In this document: piece by piece, positions 9,398-19,748 of the stretch | Position numbering within the stretch: position 1 is the first letter of the stretch | Layout of the letters: every line of letters begins with the position of its first letter | Assembly (NCBI RefSeq): GCF_016127575.1 | Contig: NZ_CP066018.1 | Location: 960,001 to 992,000, forward strand | Reading direction: 5' to 3' | DNA from: Cupriavidus necator | GTDB taxonomy: Bacteria > Pseudomonadota > Gammaproteobacteria > Burkholderiales > Burkholderiaceae | DNA length: 32,000 nt | Position numbers and translations under genes: made by a program | The notes under the pieces: model-generated | Seen by the model: the letters and a program-made list of their open reading frames with translations, nothing else | What the model was told of the DNA's origin: nothing | Databases searched by the model: none

Positions 9398-9438
9398 CCG
9401 CCCGCATCCATTCCCTATTCGCACCCCCGCCCCCCCGC

Positions 9439-10203
9439 ATGACGTTTCTCCGTTCCCTGTTGTTTGCGCTGTACCTGCTGGTGCTGACGCCGCCGTACGC
9501 TTGCGCCTGCTTCCTGGTGTTCCCGTTCATGAATGCCGACCAGCGCTTCCGCTTCGTGCGCGGCTGGCCCCTGCTGGTGATCTGGGCCGCGCGCGGCATC
9601 TGCGGCATCCAGTACCGCATTGAAGGCCATGAGCATATGGACGTGATGCTCGACAAGCCGGTGGTGCTGCTGTCCAAGCACCAGTCAGCCTGGGAAACCG
9701 TGGCCTACGTGGCGCTGATGCCCAAGCCGCTGTGCTTCGTGTTCAAGCGCGAGCTGCTGCTGGTGCCGTTCTTCGGCTGGGCGCTGGGCATGCTGAAGAT
9801 GGTCCATATCAACCGCAAGGAAGGCACCCGCGCCTTCGCCTCGGCCGCGCGTCAGGGCCGCGAGCGGCTGGCCGAAGGCGCCTGGATCATCATGTTCCCG
9901 GAAGGCACGCGCACGCCTTCGGGCCTGGAGAAGGCGCGCTACAAGAGCGGCGGTGCGCGCCTGGCGGTGGAAACCGGCGCCTGGGTGCTGCCGATGGCGG
10001 TCAACTCGGGCCGGGTGTGGCCGCGCAATTCGTTCCTGAAGCACCCGGGCATGGTGACGATCTCGGTTGGCCCGGCGATCGCCTCGGCCAACAAGACCGC
10101 GGACCAGCTCAACCAGGAGGTGGCGGAATGGATCGAGCGCGATATGCGCCGCATCGATCCGCAGAGCTACCGGAGCGCGGCCCCGGGCGGGCCCGCCGCA
10201 TGA
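9439..10203 (+). CDS. plsC: 1-acyl-sn-glycerol-3-phosphate acyltransferase
   Basis: 254-aa ORF with an N-terminal TM segment. It carries the acyltransferase block I variant KHQSAWET and block III FPEGTRT. Confidence 0.9.
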   Translation: MTFLRSLLFALYLLVLTPPYACACFLVFPFMNADQRFRFVRGWPLLVIWAARGICGIQYRIEGHEHMDVMLDKPVVLLSKHQSAWETVAYVALMPKPLCFVFKRELLLVPFFGWALGMLKMVHINRKEGTRAFASAARQGRERLAEGAWIIMFPEGTRTPSGLEKARYKSGGARLAVETGAWVLPMAVNSGRVWPRNSFLKHPGMVTISVGPAIASANKTADQLNQEVAEWIERDMRRIDPQSYRSAAPGGPAA

Positions 10204-11060
10204 AGCTGCTGCGACCCGCCACCGACGCCGACGGCGCGCAGCTGGAGCTGCCGCTGGCGGAGTCCGCCCAGGCGCCGCAGCCTGCGGCCCCGCCTGCGCC
10301 GGAGCCGCCGCAGCAGCCCGCCTGGCCGGTGCCGCAACCCAATGCACGCCTGCTGCGTATCGGCGAACGGCCGCTGCACTACACGCTCAAGCGCTCGGCG
10401 CGCCGCACCATCGGCTTCACCATCGACGACCGCGGCCTGTCGATCACGGCGCCGCGCTGGGTCACGCTGGCGGACATCGAGTCGGCCATCCTAGAAAAAC
10501 AGCGCTGGATCTTCAACAAGCTGGGCGAGTGGCGCCACCGCGAGTCGCGCCGCATCCTGCCCACGGTGCAATGGCGCGACGGCGCCAGCCTGCCCTTCCT
10601 GGGGCAGCCGCTGACGCTGTCGCTGGAGTCGCCGCTCGGCGCGCTGCTGTTCGATGCCGACCGTCGCGTGCTGCACCTGGCGCTGCCGGGCCATGCCGAC
10701 GAGCAGCAGATCAAGGACCGCGTGCAGGGCTGGCTGCAGCAGCAGGCGCGCCGGCTGCTGGCCGAGCGCCTCGATATCTACGCCGACAAGCTGGGCGTGC
10801 GCCACACCGGCTTTGCGCTGACCTCGGCTGCCACGCGCTGGGGCAGCTGCACCGCCGACGGCAAGATCCGGCTGAACTGGCGCCTGATGCATTTCCCGCT
10901 GTCGATGATCGACTATGTCGCCGCGCACGAGCTGGCGCACCTGAAGGAAATGAACCACGGCCCGCGCTTCTGGCAGACCGTGGAATCGATCTTCCCCGAG
11001 TTCCGCGATGCGCGCGCGCAACTGCGGGCACACCCGCCCGAGCTGTTGCCGACTTTCTGA
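10200..11060 (+). CDS. YgjP-like (DUF45 / M48-related) zinc metallopeptidase-fold protein
   Basis: ATG 10200 overlaps the plsC TGA (ATGA). The C-terminal motif is [20 protein letters not shown] (HExxH...NH). The N-terminus is Pro/Ala/Gln-rich and low-complexity. The longer track ORF from 9732 runs through plsC in another frame and was rejected. Confidence 0.85.
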   Translation: MKLLRPATDADGAQLELPLAESAQAPQPAAPPAPEPPQQPAWPVPQPNARLLRIGERPLHYTLKRSARRTIGFTIDDRGLSITAPRWVTLADIESAILEKQRWIFNKLGEWRHRESRRILPTVQWRDGASLPFLGQPLTLSLESPLGALLFDADRRVLHLALPGHADEQQIKDRVQGWLQQQARRLLAERLDIYADKLGVRHTGFALTSAATRWGSCTADGKIRLNWRLMHFPLSMIDYVAAHELAHLKEMNHGPRFWQTVESIFPEFRDARAQLRAHPPELLPTF

Positions 11061-11099
11061 GCGGGCGGGAGCGGGCCGGTACGTTTCGGCCAAACGCAC

Positions 11100-11105
11100 T
11101 AAAAT
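11100..11105 (+). promoter_or_regulatory. Candidate -10 hexamer TAAAAT upstream of gloA
   Basis: TAAAAT lies 39 nt upstream of the gloA ATG in an 83-nt spacer. No clear -35 element. Confidence 0.25.
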
Positions 11106-11143
11106 GGCGCCTTCCTATACCTAAAACTGTTGAAGGCCCTCAA

Positions 11144-11551
11144 ATGCGACTCCTCCACACCATGCTGCGCGTCGGCGACATGCAGCGCTCCATCGATTTC
11201 TATACCCGCGTGCTCGGCATGCAGCTGCTGCGCCAGAGCGACAACCCTGAGTACAAGTACCGCCTCGCCTTCGTCGGCTACGGCCCCGAGAGCGAGACCG
11301 CGGTGCTGGAGCTGACCTACAACTACGGCGTCGACCAGTATGACCTGGGCACGGCCTACGGCCATATCGCGCTGGAGACCGACGATGCCGCGGCCGCCTG
11401 CGAGCGCATCCGCGCCGCCGGCGGCAAGGTCACGCGCGAAGCCGGCCCGGTCAAGGGCGGCACCACCGTGATCGCCTTTGTCGAAGACCCGGACGGCTAC
11501 AAGATCGAACTGATCGAGCGCCATTCGACCCGCGACGCCAGGCGTCCCTGA
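11144..11551 (+). CDS. gloA: Lactoylglutathione lyase (glyoxalase I)
   Basis: 135 aa starting [34 protein letters not shown] and GHIALE are glyoxalase I metal-ligand contexts. GAAGG lies about 9 nt upstream of the ATG. Confidence 0.93.
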   Translation: MRLLHTMLRVGDMQRSIDFYTRVLGMQLLRQSDNPEYKYRLAFVGYGPESETAVLELTYNYGVDQYDLGTAYGHIALETDDAAAACERIRAAGGKVTREAGPVKGGTTVIAFVEDPDGYKIELIERHSTRDARRP

Positions 11552-11563
11552 CGGACGCTGGCG

Positions 11564-12469
11564 ATGAGCACGCAAGCCCTGACCCGGCAGCCGCTCGACG
11601 GCATCGCCGTGGGCCTGATGGTGGTGCTGTGCGCCGCCTGGGGCCTGCAGCAGGTGGTGATCAAGGTCACCGCGCCGCTGATGGGCGCGGTGCTGCAGGC
11701 CGGCGTGCGCTCGGCGGTGGCGGCGTTGCTGGTGTTCGGCTTTGCCGCCTGGCGCGGCACGCCGCTGTGGCGGCGCGACGGCACGCTGAACGCCGGCTTG
11801 CTGGCCGGGCTGCTGTTCGGCGCGGAGTTCTTCTGCATCTTCGTCGGGCTGGGACACACCACGGCCTCGCGCATGGCGGTGTTCCTGTACACCGCACCGA
11901 TCTTCACCGCGCTGGGCCTGCATTTCGTGGTGCCGGGCGAGCGCTTGCACAGGGGGCAATGGCTGGGCGTGGCGCTCGCGTTCGCGGGCATGGCGCTGGC
12001 CTTTGCCGATGGCATTGCCGCGCCGTCGGCGCAGGGCAGCACGCTGCCGGGCGATGCGCTTGGCATCCTCGCCGGCGCACTGTGGGCCGCCACCACCTTG
12101 GTGGTGCGCGCCAGCCCGCTGGCCAGCGCCCCGGCCAGCAAGACCCTGCTGTACCAGTTGGCGGTGTCCGCGGTGATGCTGCTGGCGATGGCGGTGGCCG
12201 CCGGCCAGACCGCAACCGTGCAGATCGACGGGGTGGTGCTGGCGAGCCTGTTCTACCAGTCAGTGCTGATCGCGTTTGCCAGCTACCTGACCTGGTTCTG
12301 GCTGCTGCGGCGCTACCTGGCGTCGCGGCTGTCGGTATTTTCCTTCCTGACGCCGCTGTTCGGGGTCGCCTTCGGCGTCGTGCTGATGCACGACGCGGTG
12401 GGCCCGCGCTTTGCCGTGGCGGCACTCCTGGTGCTGGCCGGCATCGTGCTGGTCAATCGCCGCGCCTGA
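11564..12469 (+). CDS. EamA/DMT-superfamily permease
   Basis: 301-aa ORF with about 10 hydrophobic segments arranged as two EamA-like halves. It starts 12 nt after the gloA stop. Substrate unknown. Confidence 0.85.
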   Translation: MSTQALTRQPLDGIAVGLMVVLCAAWGLQQVVIKVTAPLMGAVLQAGVRSAVAALLVFGFAAWRGTPLWRRDGTLNAGLLAGLLFGAEFFCIFVGLGHTTASRMAVFLYTAPIFTALGLHFVVPGERLHRGQWLGVALAFAGMALAFADGIAAPSAQGSTLPGDALGILAGALWAATTLVVRASPLASAPASKTLLYQLAVSAVMLLAMAVAAGQTATVQIDGVVLASLFYQSVLIAFASYLTWFWLLRRYLASRLSVFSFLTPLFGVAFGVVLMHDAVGPRFAVAALLVLAGIVLVNRRA

Positions 12470-12493
12470 GCGGCGCGGCAAGCGCAATACTGC

Positions 12494-12509
12494 GGCGGCC
12501 GGAGCCGCC
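12494..12509. terminator. Short GC hairpin (GGCGGC-CGGA-GCCGCC) between the convergent EamA permease gene and trpS
   Basis: 6-bp perfect stem with a 4-nt loop in the 52-nt convergent spacer. No U-tract. Confidence 0.3.
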
Positions 12510-12521
12510 CCTGCCTGACGC

Positions 12522-13556
12522 TCAGCGGCGTGCCTCGAACGAGAACATGCCGAGCGCGTCGCGCACTTCGTCCAGCGTCTGCTGGGTCAGTGCGCGTGCC
12601 TTCGCGGTGCCCTGGCGCAGGATGTCGAACACATAGTCCGGATCCTTGGCCAGTTCTTCGCGGCGCGCGCGGATCGGGGCCAGCATGTCCTGCAGGATGC
12701 CCTCGACGCGGCGCTTGAGCACCATGTCGCCCAGGCCGCCCTTCCGGTAGTGCTCCTTCAGCGCCTTGACTTCCTCGGTGTTGGGGTCGAACGCATCCAG
12801 GTAGGTGAACACCACGTTGCCCTCGACCTGGCCCGGGTCCGACACGCGCAGGTGGTTGGGGTCGGTGTACATGCTGTGCACCGCAGCCTTGATCTGCTCG
12901 GGCGAAGCCCCCAGCGCGATCGCGTTGCCCAGCGACTTGCTCATCTTGGCCTTGCCGTCGACGCCAGGCAGGCGGCCGAACTCGGGGATCAGGGCCTTGC
13001 ATTCGGGCAGCACTTCGCGGCCGACCTGGTGGTTGATGCGGCGCACGATCTCGTTGGTCTGCTCGATCAGCGGCGCCTGGTCTTCGCCCACCGGCACCAC
13101 GTGGGCCTTGAAGGCAGTGATGTCCGCGGCCTGCGATGCCGGGTAGCACAGGAAGCCGGCCGGGATGTCGCGGCCAAAGCCACGCGCCTGGATCTCTTCC
13201 TTGATGGTCGGGTTGCGCTCGAGCCGCGCCACCGTGACGAAGTTCAGGTACATCAGCGTCAGCTCGGCCAGCGCCGGCAGGTGCGACTGCACGGTGATGG
13301 TGGTCTTGGCCGGGTCGATGCCCACGGCCAGGTAGTCCAGCGCCACTTCCAGCACGTTGCGGCGCACCTTGTCGGGATCGTGCGCGTTGTCGGTCATGGC
13401 CTGGGTGTCGGCCAGCAGCACGTATTGCTCATGCGTGTCCTGCAGCGTCACGCGGCTCTTCAGCGAGCCGACATAGTGGCCAAGGTGCAGCGGGCCGGTG
13501 GGACGGTCGCCGGTCAGGATCACGGGACGCCGGTTGGTTTGGGTCTGGGCTGTCAT
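12522..13556 (-). CDS. trpS: Tryptophan--tRNA ligase
   Basis: The start was chosen at ATG 13556 ([30 protein letters not shown]...). The class I HIGH motif is HLGH and the KMSKS motif is exact. The 107 extra codons of the track ORF overlap the rsmA 3' end and were rejected. Confidence 0.93.
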   Translation of the reverse strand: MTAQTQTNRRPVILTGDRPTGPLHLGHYVGSLKSRVTLQDTHEQYVLLADTQAMTDNAHDPDKVRRNVLEVALDYLAVGIDPAKTTITVQSHLPALAELTLMYLNFVTVARLERNPTIKEEIQARGFGRDIPAGFLCYPASQAADITAFKAHVVPVGEDQAPLIEQTNEIVRRINHQVGREVLPECKALIPEFGRLPGVDGKAKMSKSLGNAIALGASPEQIKAAVHSMYTDPNHLRVSDPGQVEGNVVFTYLDAFDPNTEEVKALKEHYRKGGLGDMVLKRRVEGILQDMLAPIRARREELAKDPDYVFDILRQGTAKARALTQQTLDEVRDALGMFSFEARR

Positions 13557-13612
13557 GGGACGGTCTTGCACGAAATAGTCGCGGGAAATTCGGGAATCGG
13601 GATGCGCGGGCC

Positions 13613-14455
13613 TCAGGCGGCCTGTCCGGCCCGGCCGGATGGCGTACCACCGAGGCGCCGGGCCAGTTCGACATATTCGCCGACGGGCACTTCCTCGGCG
13701 CGGCGGCCGAGGTCGAAGCCCATCGCATCGAAGTCGACCTGGTCGCGCAGGAACGAGAGCGTGTTGCGCAGCACCTTGCGCCGCTGCGAGAACGCTGCAG
13801 TGACCACGTCGCCCAGCACGGTGATGTCGCAATCGGCATGCGGCGAACGCAGCCGGCCGTCGCTGTGGCGCGGCCACGGGATCATGCGGACCACGGCGGA
13901 ATCGACCTTGGGCGGCGGATTGAAGGCGCCCGGCGGTACGTCCAGCACGTGTTCCATGTAGTAGCGCACCTGCAGCATGATCGAGAGCCGGCCGAAGGCC
14001 TTACTGCCGGGTTCGGCCACCATGCGCTCCACCACCTCTTTCTGCAGCATGAAGTGCTGGTCGCGCACGTGGTCGGCGAAATCCATCAGGTGGAACAGCA
14101 GCGGGCTGGAGATGTTGTACGGCAGGTTGCCGACGATGCGCAGCGGGCGGCCGGGCACGGCGAGCTTGTCGAAATCGAACGCCAGCGCATCGCCGGCGTG
14201 GACCTGCAGGCGCTCGCCATAGCGGCGGCGCAGGCGCTCGACCAGATCGCGATCCAGCTCAACCACCTGCATCTGCGGGATCCGTTCGAGCAGCGGGTCG
14301 GTCAGCGCGCCCAGGCCGGGGCCGATCTCGACCAGCACGTCGTCGGCCTGCGGGCTGATGGCATTGACGATGCCGTGGATGATGGTGTCGTCGACCAGGA
14401 AGTTCTGCCCGAATCGTTTGCGGGCCACATGGCCCTGGTGCACGTTTGAACGCAT
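13613..14455 (-). CDS. rsmA: 16S rRNA (adenine1518/1519-N6)-dimethyltransferase
   Basis: 280 aa. The N-terminus [22 protein letters not shown] closely matches KsgA/RsmA. The SAM-binding motif is [11 protein letters not shown], and NLPYNISSP is present. Confidence 0.96.
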   Translation of the reverse strand: MRSNVHQGHVARKRFGQNFLVDDTIIHGIVNAISPQADDVLVEIGPGLGALTDPLLERIPQMQVVELDRDLVERLRRRYGERLQVHAGDALAFDFDKLAVPGRPLRIVGNLPYNISSPLLFHLMDFADHVRDQHFMLQKEVVERMVAEPGSKAFGRLSIMLQVRYYMEHVLDVPPGAFNPPPKVDSAVVRMIPWPRHSDGRLRSPHADCDITVLGDVVTAAFSQRRKVLRNTLSFLRDQVDFDAMGFDLGRRAEEVPVGEYVELARRLGGTPSGRAGQAA

Positions 14456-14472
14456 GGGTTATTCGTCCAGCT

Positions 14473-15576
14473 TCAGCATGGCGGCTGCAGGCCGGAATGG
14501 GTGTGGCCAGGATGGCTGCCCGTGGCACCGTTGCTGCCAGGGCGCCGGCCATTGGCGTGGCCGGCCATGGTGACCGCACTGCGGATGGCCTCGATCATGC
14601 TGCCGTGTTCGGCCTGGCCGGTGCCGGCAAGGTCGAGCGCGGTGCCATGGTCCACCGAGGTGCGGATAAAGGGCAGCCCCAGCGTGATATTCACGCCGTG
14701 GCCGAAGGTGCCGTATTTCAGTGGCGCCAGCCCCTGGTCATGGTACATCGCCAGCACGCAGTCGGCATCGCGCAGGTGGCGCGGCTGGAACAGCGTGTCG
14801 GCCGGAAAGGGTCCGCGCGCGTCGATGCCGGCATCTTTGGCCTGCGCCAGCGCGGGCGTGATGATGTCGATCTCTTCGCGGCCCATATGGCCGCTTTCGC
14901 CGGCGTGCGGGTTCAGGCCCGTGACCAGGATGCGCGGCCGCGAGATGCCGAAGTAGCGGCGCAGGTCGGCATCGATGATCGACAGCGTCTGCACCAGCAG
15001 CGGCACCGACAGCGCATCGGGCACCGCGCGCAGCGGCAGGTGGGTGGTGGCCAGCGCCACGCGCAGCATGGCGCCGTCGTGCGCGGGCTGCGGACCGGCC
15101 AGCATCATCACCACGCGCGGCACGCGGGCGCTCTCGGCCAGGTATTCGGTATGGCCGGTGAAGGGGACGCCGGCGTCGTTGATGGTGCTCTTCTGCACCG
15201 GCGCCGTGATCATTGCGGCATACCGGGGCGCGGCCTTGCCGCGCGCGCGGCAGCCGCGGATGGCGGCATCGAGCAGCTTCAGCACATAGGGGCCGTTGCG
15301 CGCGTCGAGCCGCCCGGCCTCGCACGCGACCGCCAGCGGGATGTCCTCGACCACCACGTCGCCGTCGGCAATGCGCCGCTCCCAGGCGTGCGTGGCGCCC
15401 AGCGCCGCGGCGCGATCGGCCAGCAGGCGGGCATCGCCCAGCACATGGAAGCGGTATTGCCCGCCGCCGACGCCATTGTTGGCGCCCGCCAGCTGCAGCA
15501 ACGCCCCGATGGTGATATCGGGACCGATGCCGGCGGGTTCTCCGGTCGAGATGGCAAGGGCTAGCGGGTCGGGCAT
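14473..15576 (-). CDS. pdxA: 4-hydroxythreonine-4-phosphate dehydrogenase
   Basis: 367 aa with STGEPAGIGPDI, NPHAGE and FIRTSVDHGTALD. A roughly 30-aa Gly/His-rich C-terminal tail extends beyond the usual PdxA end. Confidence 0.94.
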   Translation of the reverse strand: MPDPLALAISTGEPAGIGPDITIGALLQLAGANNGVGGGQYRFHVLGDARLLADRAAALGATHAWERRIADGDVVVEDIPLAVACEAGRLDARNGPYVLKLLDAAIRGCRARGKAAPRYAAMITAPVQKSTINDAGVPFTGHTEYLAESARVPRVVMMLAGPQPAHDGAMLRVALATTHLPLRAVPDALSVPLLVQTLSIIDADLRRYFGISRPRILVTGLNPHAGESGHMGREEIDIITPALAQAKDAGIDARGPFPADTLFQPRHLRDADCVLAMYHDQGLAPLKYGTFGHGVNITLGLPFIRTSVDHGTALDLAGTGQAEHGSMIEAIRSAVTMAGHANGRRPGSNGATGSHPGHTHSGLQPPC

Positions 15577-15605
15577 GTCAGGTCAGCGGATCGGGGACCG
15601 GCGCT

Positions 15606-17081
15606 TCAGCGCTGCCGGTTGACCCGGTACTCCACGTACGCCTGCGAGCGCAGCTGGCGCACCCAGTCATCATAGGCTGCGCGCAGCTTCTGTTCGCGGA
15701 CTTCGGCACGGGCGAAGTCGCGCTGCTTCTCGGGCGACATCTCGGTCTCGCGCCGGTTGAGCACCTGGATCAGGTGCACGCCGAACTGCGTGACCACCGG
15801 CTCCGAGATCTCGTTCGGGCGCAGGCGGCTCATCGCCTGCTCGAACTCGGGCACCAGCTCGCCCGGCGAGACCCAGCCGAGGTCGCCGCCGTTCTGCGCC
15901 GAGCCGTCCTGCGAGAAACGCTTGGCCGCGTCGGCAAAATCGCCGCCGTGGGTTATGCGGTCGCGCAGCGTGCTGAGCTGGCGGCGCGCCTCGGCTTCGG
16001 GCATGTTGGGGCCGGTGCGGATCAGGATGTGGCGCACCTGGGTCTGGGTGATCTTCGAGGCCGCGGCCGGGCTGGATGCCGGCGCCGCGCGCTTGGCCAC
16101 CAGCTTGACCACATGGAAGCCCGCCGCGCTTTCCACCACCTGCGGCGCCACCCCGCCAGCCTGCAGGTCGACCACGGCGTTGGCGAACAGTGCCGGCAGG
16201 CGGCCGATCTCGCGGAAGCCCATCGCGCCGCCCTGGGCCGCCTCGGGGCCCTCGGAATTGGCCTGCGCCAGCTGCGCGAAGTCGGCACCGCCCTGGGCCT
16301 GCTTGAGCAGCCCTTCGGCCTTGGCGCGCTGCGCCTGCTTCTGTGCGTCCGAGGCATTCTCGGGCACGCGCACGAGGATCTGCGCCACGTTGTATTCGGT
16401 CGGGCCGCTGGCGGCGCCCTGGCCGCCGCGCGCCGCCAGGTAGTTGTCGATCTCGCCGTCGTAGACCTGCACCTTGGAATCGACCTCGCGCTCGCGCAGG
16501 CGGATCACCTGTACCTGCTTGCGCAGTTCCTCGCGGTACTTGGTCCAGGTCATGCCACTGGCCTCGACGCGGCGGCGCAGCTCGGTCGCGTTCAGCCGGT
16601 TCTGCTGTGCCACCGATTCGATGGCGCGGTCGATTTCCTGGTCGGTCACGCGGATGCCGGCCTCCTGTGCGGCCTGGGTCTGCACGCGCTCCATTACGAG
16701 GCGCTCGAGCACCTCGCCCAGCAGGTCGGCGCGCGCGGGCACCGGGCGGCCGGCGGCACGCAGCTGGCCTTCGATCTCGTCGGCACGGTCGAGCAGCTCG
16801 CGCCGCGTGATCACGCTGTTGTTGACGACTGCCACCACTTCGTCGACCAGTTGCGAACGCTTCTGGCCGCCGGCCTGGGGCACGCCCAGCTTGGGCTGGC
16901 TCGACGGCGTCGCGACGTCAGACGCCTGCGGCACGAAGATGCCACTGGAGCGCGGCGCCGTCCCGGGCGCCTTGAGCTGCGCGGCAGCCGGCACCGTCAT
17001 GGCGGCCAGCACGGCCGGCAGCAGCAAGCGATGCCAGGACGTCAGGAGAAAGGAAAACACGGCGAATTCTTGACGTTTCAT
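15606..17081 (-). CDS. surA: Periplasmic chaperone / peptidyl-prolyl isomerase SurA
   Basis: 491 aa with a signal peptide (...AAMTVPAAAQ), a SurA N-terminal chaperone region and two parvulin-like PPIase segments. It lies between lptD and pdxA, as in other proteobacteria. Confidence 0.93.
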   Translation of the reverse strand: MKRQEFAVFSFLLTSWHRLLLPAVLAAMTVPAAAQLKAPGTAPRSSGIFVPQASDVATPSSQPKLGVPQAGGQKRSQLVDEVVAVVNNSVITRRELLDRADEIEGQLRAAGRPVPARADLLGEVLERLVMERVQTQAAQEAGIRVTDQEIDRAIESVAQQNRLNATELRRRVEASGMTWTKYREELRKQVQVIRLREREVDSKVQVYDGEIDNYLAARGGQGAASGPTEYNVAQILVRVPENASDAQKQAQRAKAEGLLKQAQGGADFAQLAQANSEGPEAAQGGAMGFREIGRLPALFANAVVDLQAGGVAPQVVESAAGFHVVKLVAKRAAPASSPAAASKITQTQVRHILIRTGPNMPEAEARRQLSTLRDRITHGGDFADAAKRFSQDGSAQNGGDLGWVSPGELVPEFEQAMSRLRPNEISEPVVTQFGVHLIQVLNRRETEMSPEKQRDFARAEVREQKLRAAYDDWVRQLRSQAYVEYRVNRQR

Positions 17082-17090
17082 CGTAATCCG

Positions 17091-19538
17091 TCATTCATAG
17101 TGATCGAACTGGGTCGTCGGCACCGGCTTGGCCGACACGGGCTCATAGCCGGGCACGTTCAGGCGCAGGATGTTCAACGGGTTGGAACCGATCTTGGAAA
17201 GGCCACGGAACTCCACCTGCAGGAAGACCCGCCCGGTGTAGCCTTGCGTGGTGTTGCGGAAGCGCTGGTAGACCACGCGGCCGACCCAGCAGTCGGCGGC
17301 GTACTCGACGCCGGCCAGCGCATCGACCATCTGGCTTGCGGCCAGGTCGAAGGCAAAGCGTGCGATGCCGTAGGCACGGCGCGTGATCGGCCACTGGCTT
17401 GACACCTCGAACTGGTCGATCGCGGTGTTGTCGGTCACCGAGGTCGGGCGGCGGTAGCGGTAGCCTGCGTTAATCACCTTGCGCGACTCGGGCCGGTAAG
17501 AGACCGCCACGTTGCCGTAGTTGATCCGGTCGCTGTCCGGGTTGTACTGCACCCCCGCGTCCAGGTAATAGCCGCGGAACATCTGGATGGTGGTGGCCGC
17601 CAGCAGATCCGAGAAACCCGCCTTGGGATCCGCCAGCGTGCCGTTGATCTGCACGCGCTGGCCGGTGAAGTCGTAGCGCTGCGCGATGGTGCCGCGGAAG
17701 CGCTCGATTCCGGTGTCGGCTTCGATCAGGCGCGTGGTCAGGCCGCCGGTCAGCTTGTTGTTGTCGGCGACGCGGTCGTAGCCGGTGAACGGGTTCTCGC
17801 TGAAGATCTGCCCGTAGCCGAAGTCGGACTGCACCGTGTCGAACAGCGGGAACTGGCTCTGGTCGCGGAACGGGGTGTACACGTAGAACAGGCGCGGCTC
17901 CAGCGTCTGCACATAGTTCACGCCGAAGAGGCGGCTGACCGTCGGTGCCTCGCGCTCGAATGTCATGCCCGAGTCCAGGCTCATGGTCGGCAGCACGCGC
18001 GAGAAATTATTCTGCACCGTAGGCGTGTTGGAGGCCGCCTCCATCTGGTACTGGGTCGCGTTGAAGGTGACCTTCGGCGTCACGTACCAGCCCGCCCGTA
18101 CGATCGGGTAGCTGATGCTCGGCTGGATAAACATGCGCTCGCCCTGCGGCTGCTGGAAGCCGGTGGACGTCAGCGGAATGCGGAAGCGCGTGTAGTCCGC
18201 TTCCACCTGCACGTCGAAGCCGCCCAGGTCATAGCGGATGTACTTGCCGTTGAGCTGCGGCACGCGCTCGTACGACGGCTCGCTTGGGCGCAGCGTCTGG
18301 AACTTCTGCACCCGGGCCAGGAACGTGAAATCCTGCCAGTTATAAGTAACGCCGCCTTCCTGCGTGTACTGGCGCAGCGTCGATTGCGACACGCTGCGGT
18401 TGAAATCGTCCGGGTACTGGTCGTCCGATACCCGGTTCACATTCAGGTAGGCATTGAGACCCTTGGCCAGGTTCTGGTTATGCTGGATCGAGTAGGCCCA
18501 GCGGTTCGAATTGGTCTTCTTGTCGTCCGGCAGGAACTCGGCGCGCAGGCGCCCGTTGTAGCCCTGGCCCAGATAACGGTATTCGCCGCCGAGCTGCAGG
18601 CCGCGCTCCGTCATCAGCCGCGGATAGATGGTCAGGTCGCGGTTCGGCGCGATATTGACGTAGTATGGCGTGGTCAGGTCGAAGCCCGAACGCGAGCCGT
18701 AGCCCATCAGCGGCGGCAGGAAACCGCTGCGGCGGTCGTCGTTCAGCGGAAAGCTGAACGCCGGCGCCGCAGCAATCGGCACGCCGAAGAAATTCAGCAC
18801 GCCGCCGTAGGCCACGCCCACCTGGCGGTCGTTGTCCAGGTCGATCCGGTTCGCGCTGAAATACCAGTCGGCGTTGTCCGGCGAACAGGTGGTGTATGAC
18901 GCGTGCCTGGCGGTGCTGCGGTCCTTGTCCAGGAAGTCGATGCGCTCGGCCTTGCCCGAGCCGCCGGTCTGCTGGAAATAATAGTCCGGCGACAGCATAT
19001 AGCCTTCGTTGGCCTCGACCTTCATCCGCGCCTCGGGACCGACCGCCAGCGTGCCGCTGCGCGACATGCGCACATTGCCCTGAGCAAAGGCTTCGTCGGT
19101 GTCCTGGTCGTAGGTCAGCTTGTCGCCCTTGATCGCACCGCCGTCACGGCGCAGCTCGGCATGGCCTTCCAGCTCGACGCCGCGCTCGCTGTAGCCGGTC
19201 ATGCGGTCGGCCTCGATAAAGGTCGGGGCGTCGGAGCCGGCGTCAGACTGTTTGCCGGGTTCGGCAAGCCGCGGCACCAGTTCGCCGGATTCCACCGGAA
19301 GCGGCGGCGCTTTCGGCGCGGCTTCGAACACCGGCTCGACCTGGTCGAGATCGGGGATCGCCGAACCGGACATCTGCGCGTGTGCGCCGGCCGACAGGCT
19401 GGCCATGGCCAGCACCAGCGGCCGCAGTGCGCCCGCGTGCAGGCCGCCGGCGCGCCTGGCTCGGGCAGGAACGCTGGTTGGGGCAGGCGAAGGCAAGGCC
19501 CTGTTGTTCGGTGATCGTCGTTGTTCGGTCATTCGCAC
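17091..19538 (-). CDS. lptD: LPS-assembly outer-membrane protein LptD
   Basis: 815 aa with a signal sequence ending SAGAHAQ, an OstA-like N-terminal domain and a long C-terminal beta-barrel region rich in alternating aromatic residues. The N-region before the hydrophobic core is unusually long, so the exact start is uncertain. Confidence 0.93.
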   Translation of the reverse strand: MRMTEQRRSPNNRALPSPAPTSVPARARRAGGLHAGALRPLVLAMASLSAGAHAQMSGSAIPDLDQVEPVFEAAPKAPPLPVESGELVPRLAEPGKQSDAGSDAPTFIEADRMTGYSERGVELEGHAELRRDGGAIKGDKLTYDQDTDEAFAQGNVRMSRSGTLAVGPEARMKVEANEGYMLSPDYYFQQTGGSGKAERIDFLDKDRSTARHASYTTCSPDNADWYFSANRIDLDNDRQVGVAYGGVLNFFGVPIAAAPAFSFPLNDDRRSGFLPPLMGYGSRSGFDLTTPYYVNIAPNRDLTIYPRLMTERGLQLGGEYRYLGQGYNGRLRAEFLPDDKKTNSNRWAYSIQHNQNLAKGLNAYLNVNRVSDDQYPDDFNRSVSQSTLRQYTQEGGVTYNWQDFTFLARVQKFQTLRPSEPSYERVPQLNGKYIRYDLGGFDVQVEADYTRFRIPLTSTGFQQPQGERMFIQPSISYPIVRAGWYVTPKVTFNATQYQMEAASNTPTVQNNFSRVLPTMSLDSGMTFEREAPTVSRLFGVNYVQTLEPRLFYVYTPFRDQSQFPLFDTVQSDFGYGQIFSENPFTGYDRVADNNKLTGGLTTRLIEADTGIERFRGTIAQRYDFTGQRVQINGTLADPKAGFSDLLAATTIQMFRGYYLDAGVQYNPDSDRINYGNVAVSYRPESRKVINAGYRYRRPTSVTDNTAIDQFEVSSQWPITRRAYGIARFAFDLAASQMVDALAGVEYAADCWVGRVVYQRFRNTTQGYTGRVFLQVEFRGLSKIGSNPLNILRLNVPGYEPVSAKPVPTTQFDHYE

Positions 19539-19658
19539 GGGTTGTCAGTCTCGGCGTCGGCTGCGGCCCGCCTGCAAGCCGCCAGCCCCCGCCGGAGCAG
19601 GCTGCGGGGCACCGAATGGCCCCACCCGGGGGCCGCCCGGCGCCCGGGTCTGGTCGGG

Positions 19659-19665
19659 TATTATA
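19659..19665. promoter_or_regulatory. AT-rich -10-like element in the lptD/amgK divergent region (TATTAT on plus, perfect TATAAT on minus)
   Basis: This is the only AT-rich patch in a 210-bp, otherwise very GC-rich divergent spacer. It could serve either or both divergent units. No clear -35 on either strand. Confidence 0.3.
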
Positions 19666-19748
19666 CGGGGCAACCTAGGGTCGCCTTCCCGCTTACTTTC
19701 GGTTTCATTTACGTTTCCACTCTGCGCCCGTTCCCCACACGTATCTGT

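Noticed and set aside
5942-9424. 1160-aa minus-strand ORF spanning the whole glyS region, plus parts of the glyQ-coupled ORF and gmhB
   Set aside because: It is antisense to genes with unmistakable conserved motifs. The translation is an Arg/Ala/Gly/Gln-rich low-complexity string with no motifs. Long stop-free antisense frames are expected in GC-rich DNA because stop codons are AT-rich.
9439-10203. PlsC block I reads HQSAWE (Glu instead of the canonical Asp of H-x4-D)
   Set aside because: To my recollection, the HQSxWE variant is common in betaproteobacterial PlsC-type acyltransferases. It is therefore not evidence of inactivation or novelty.
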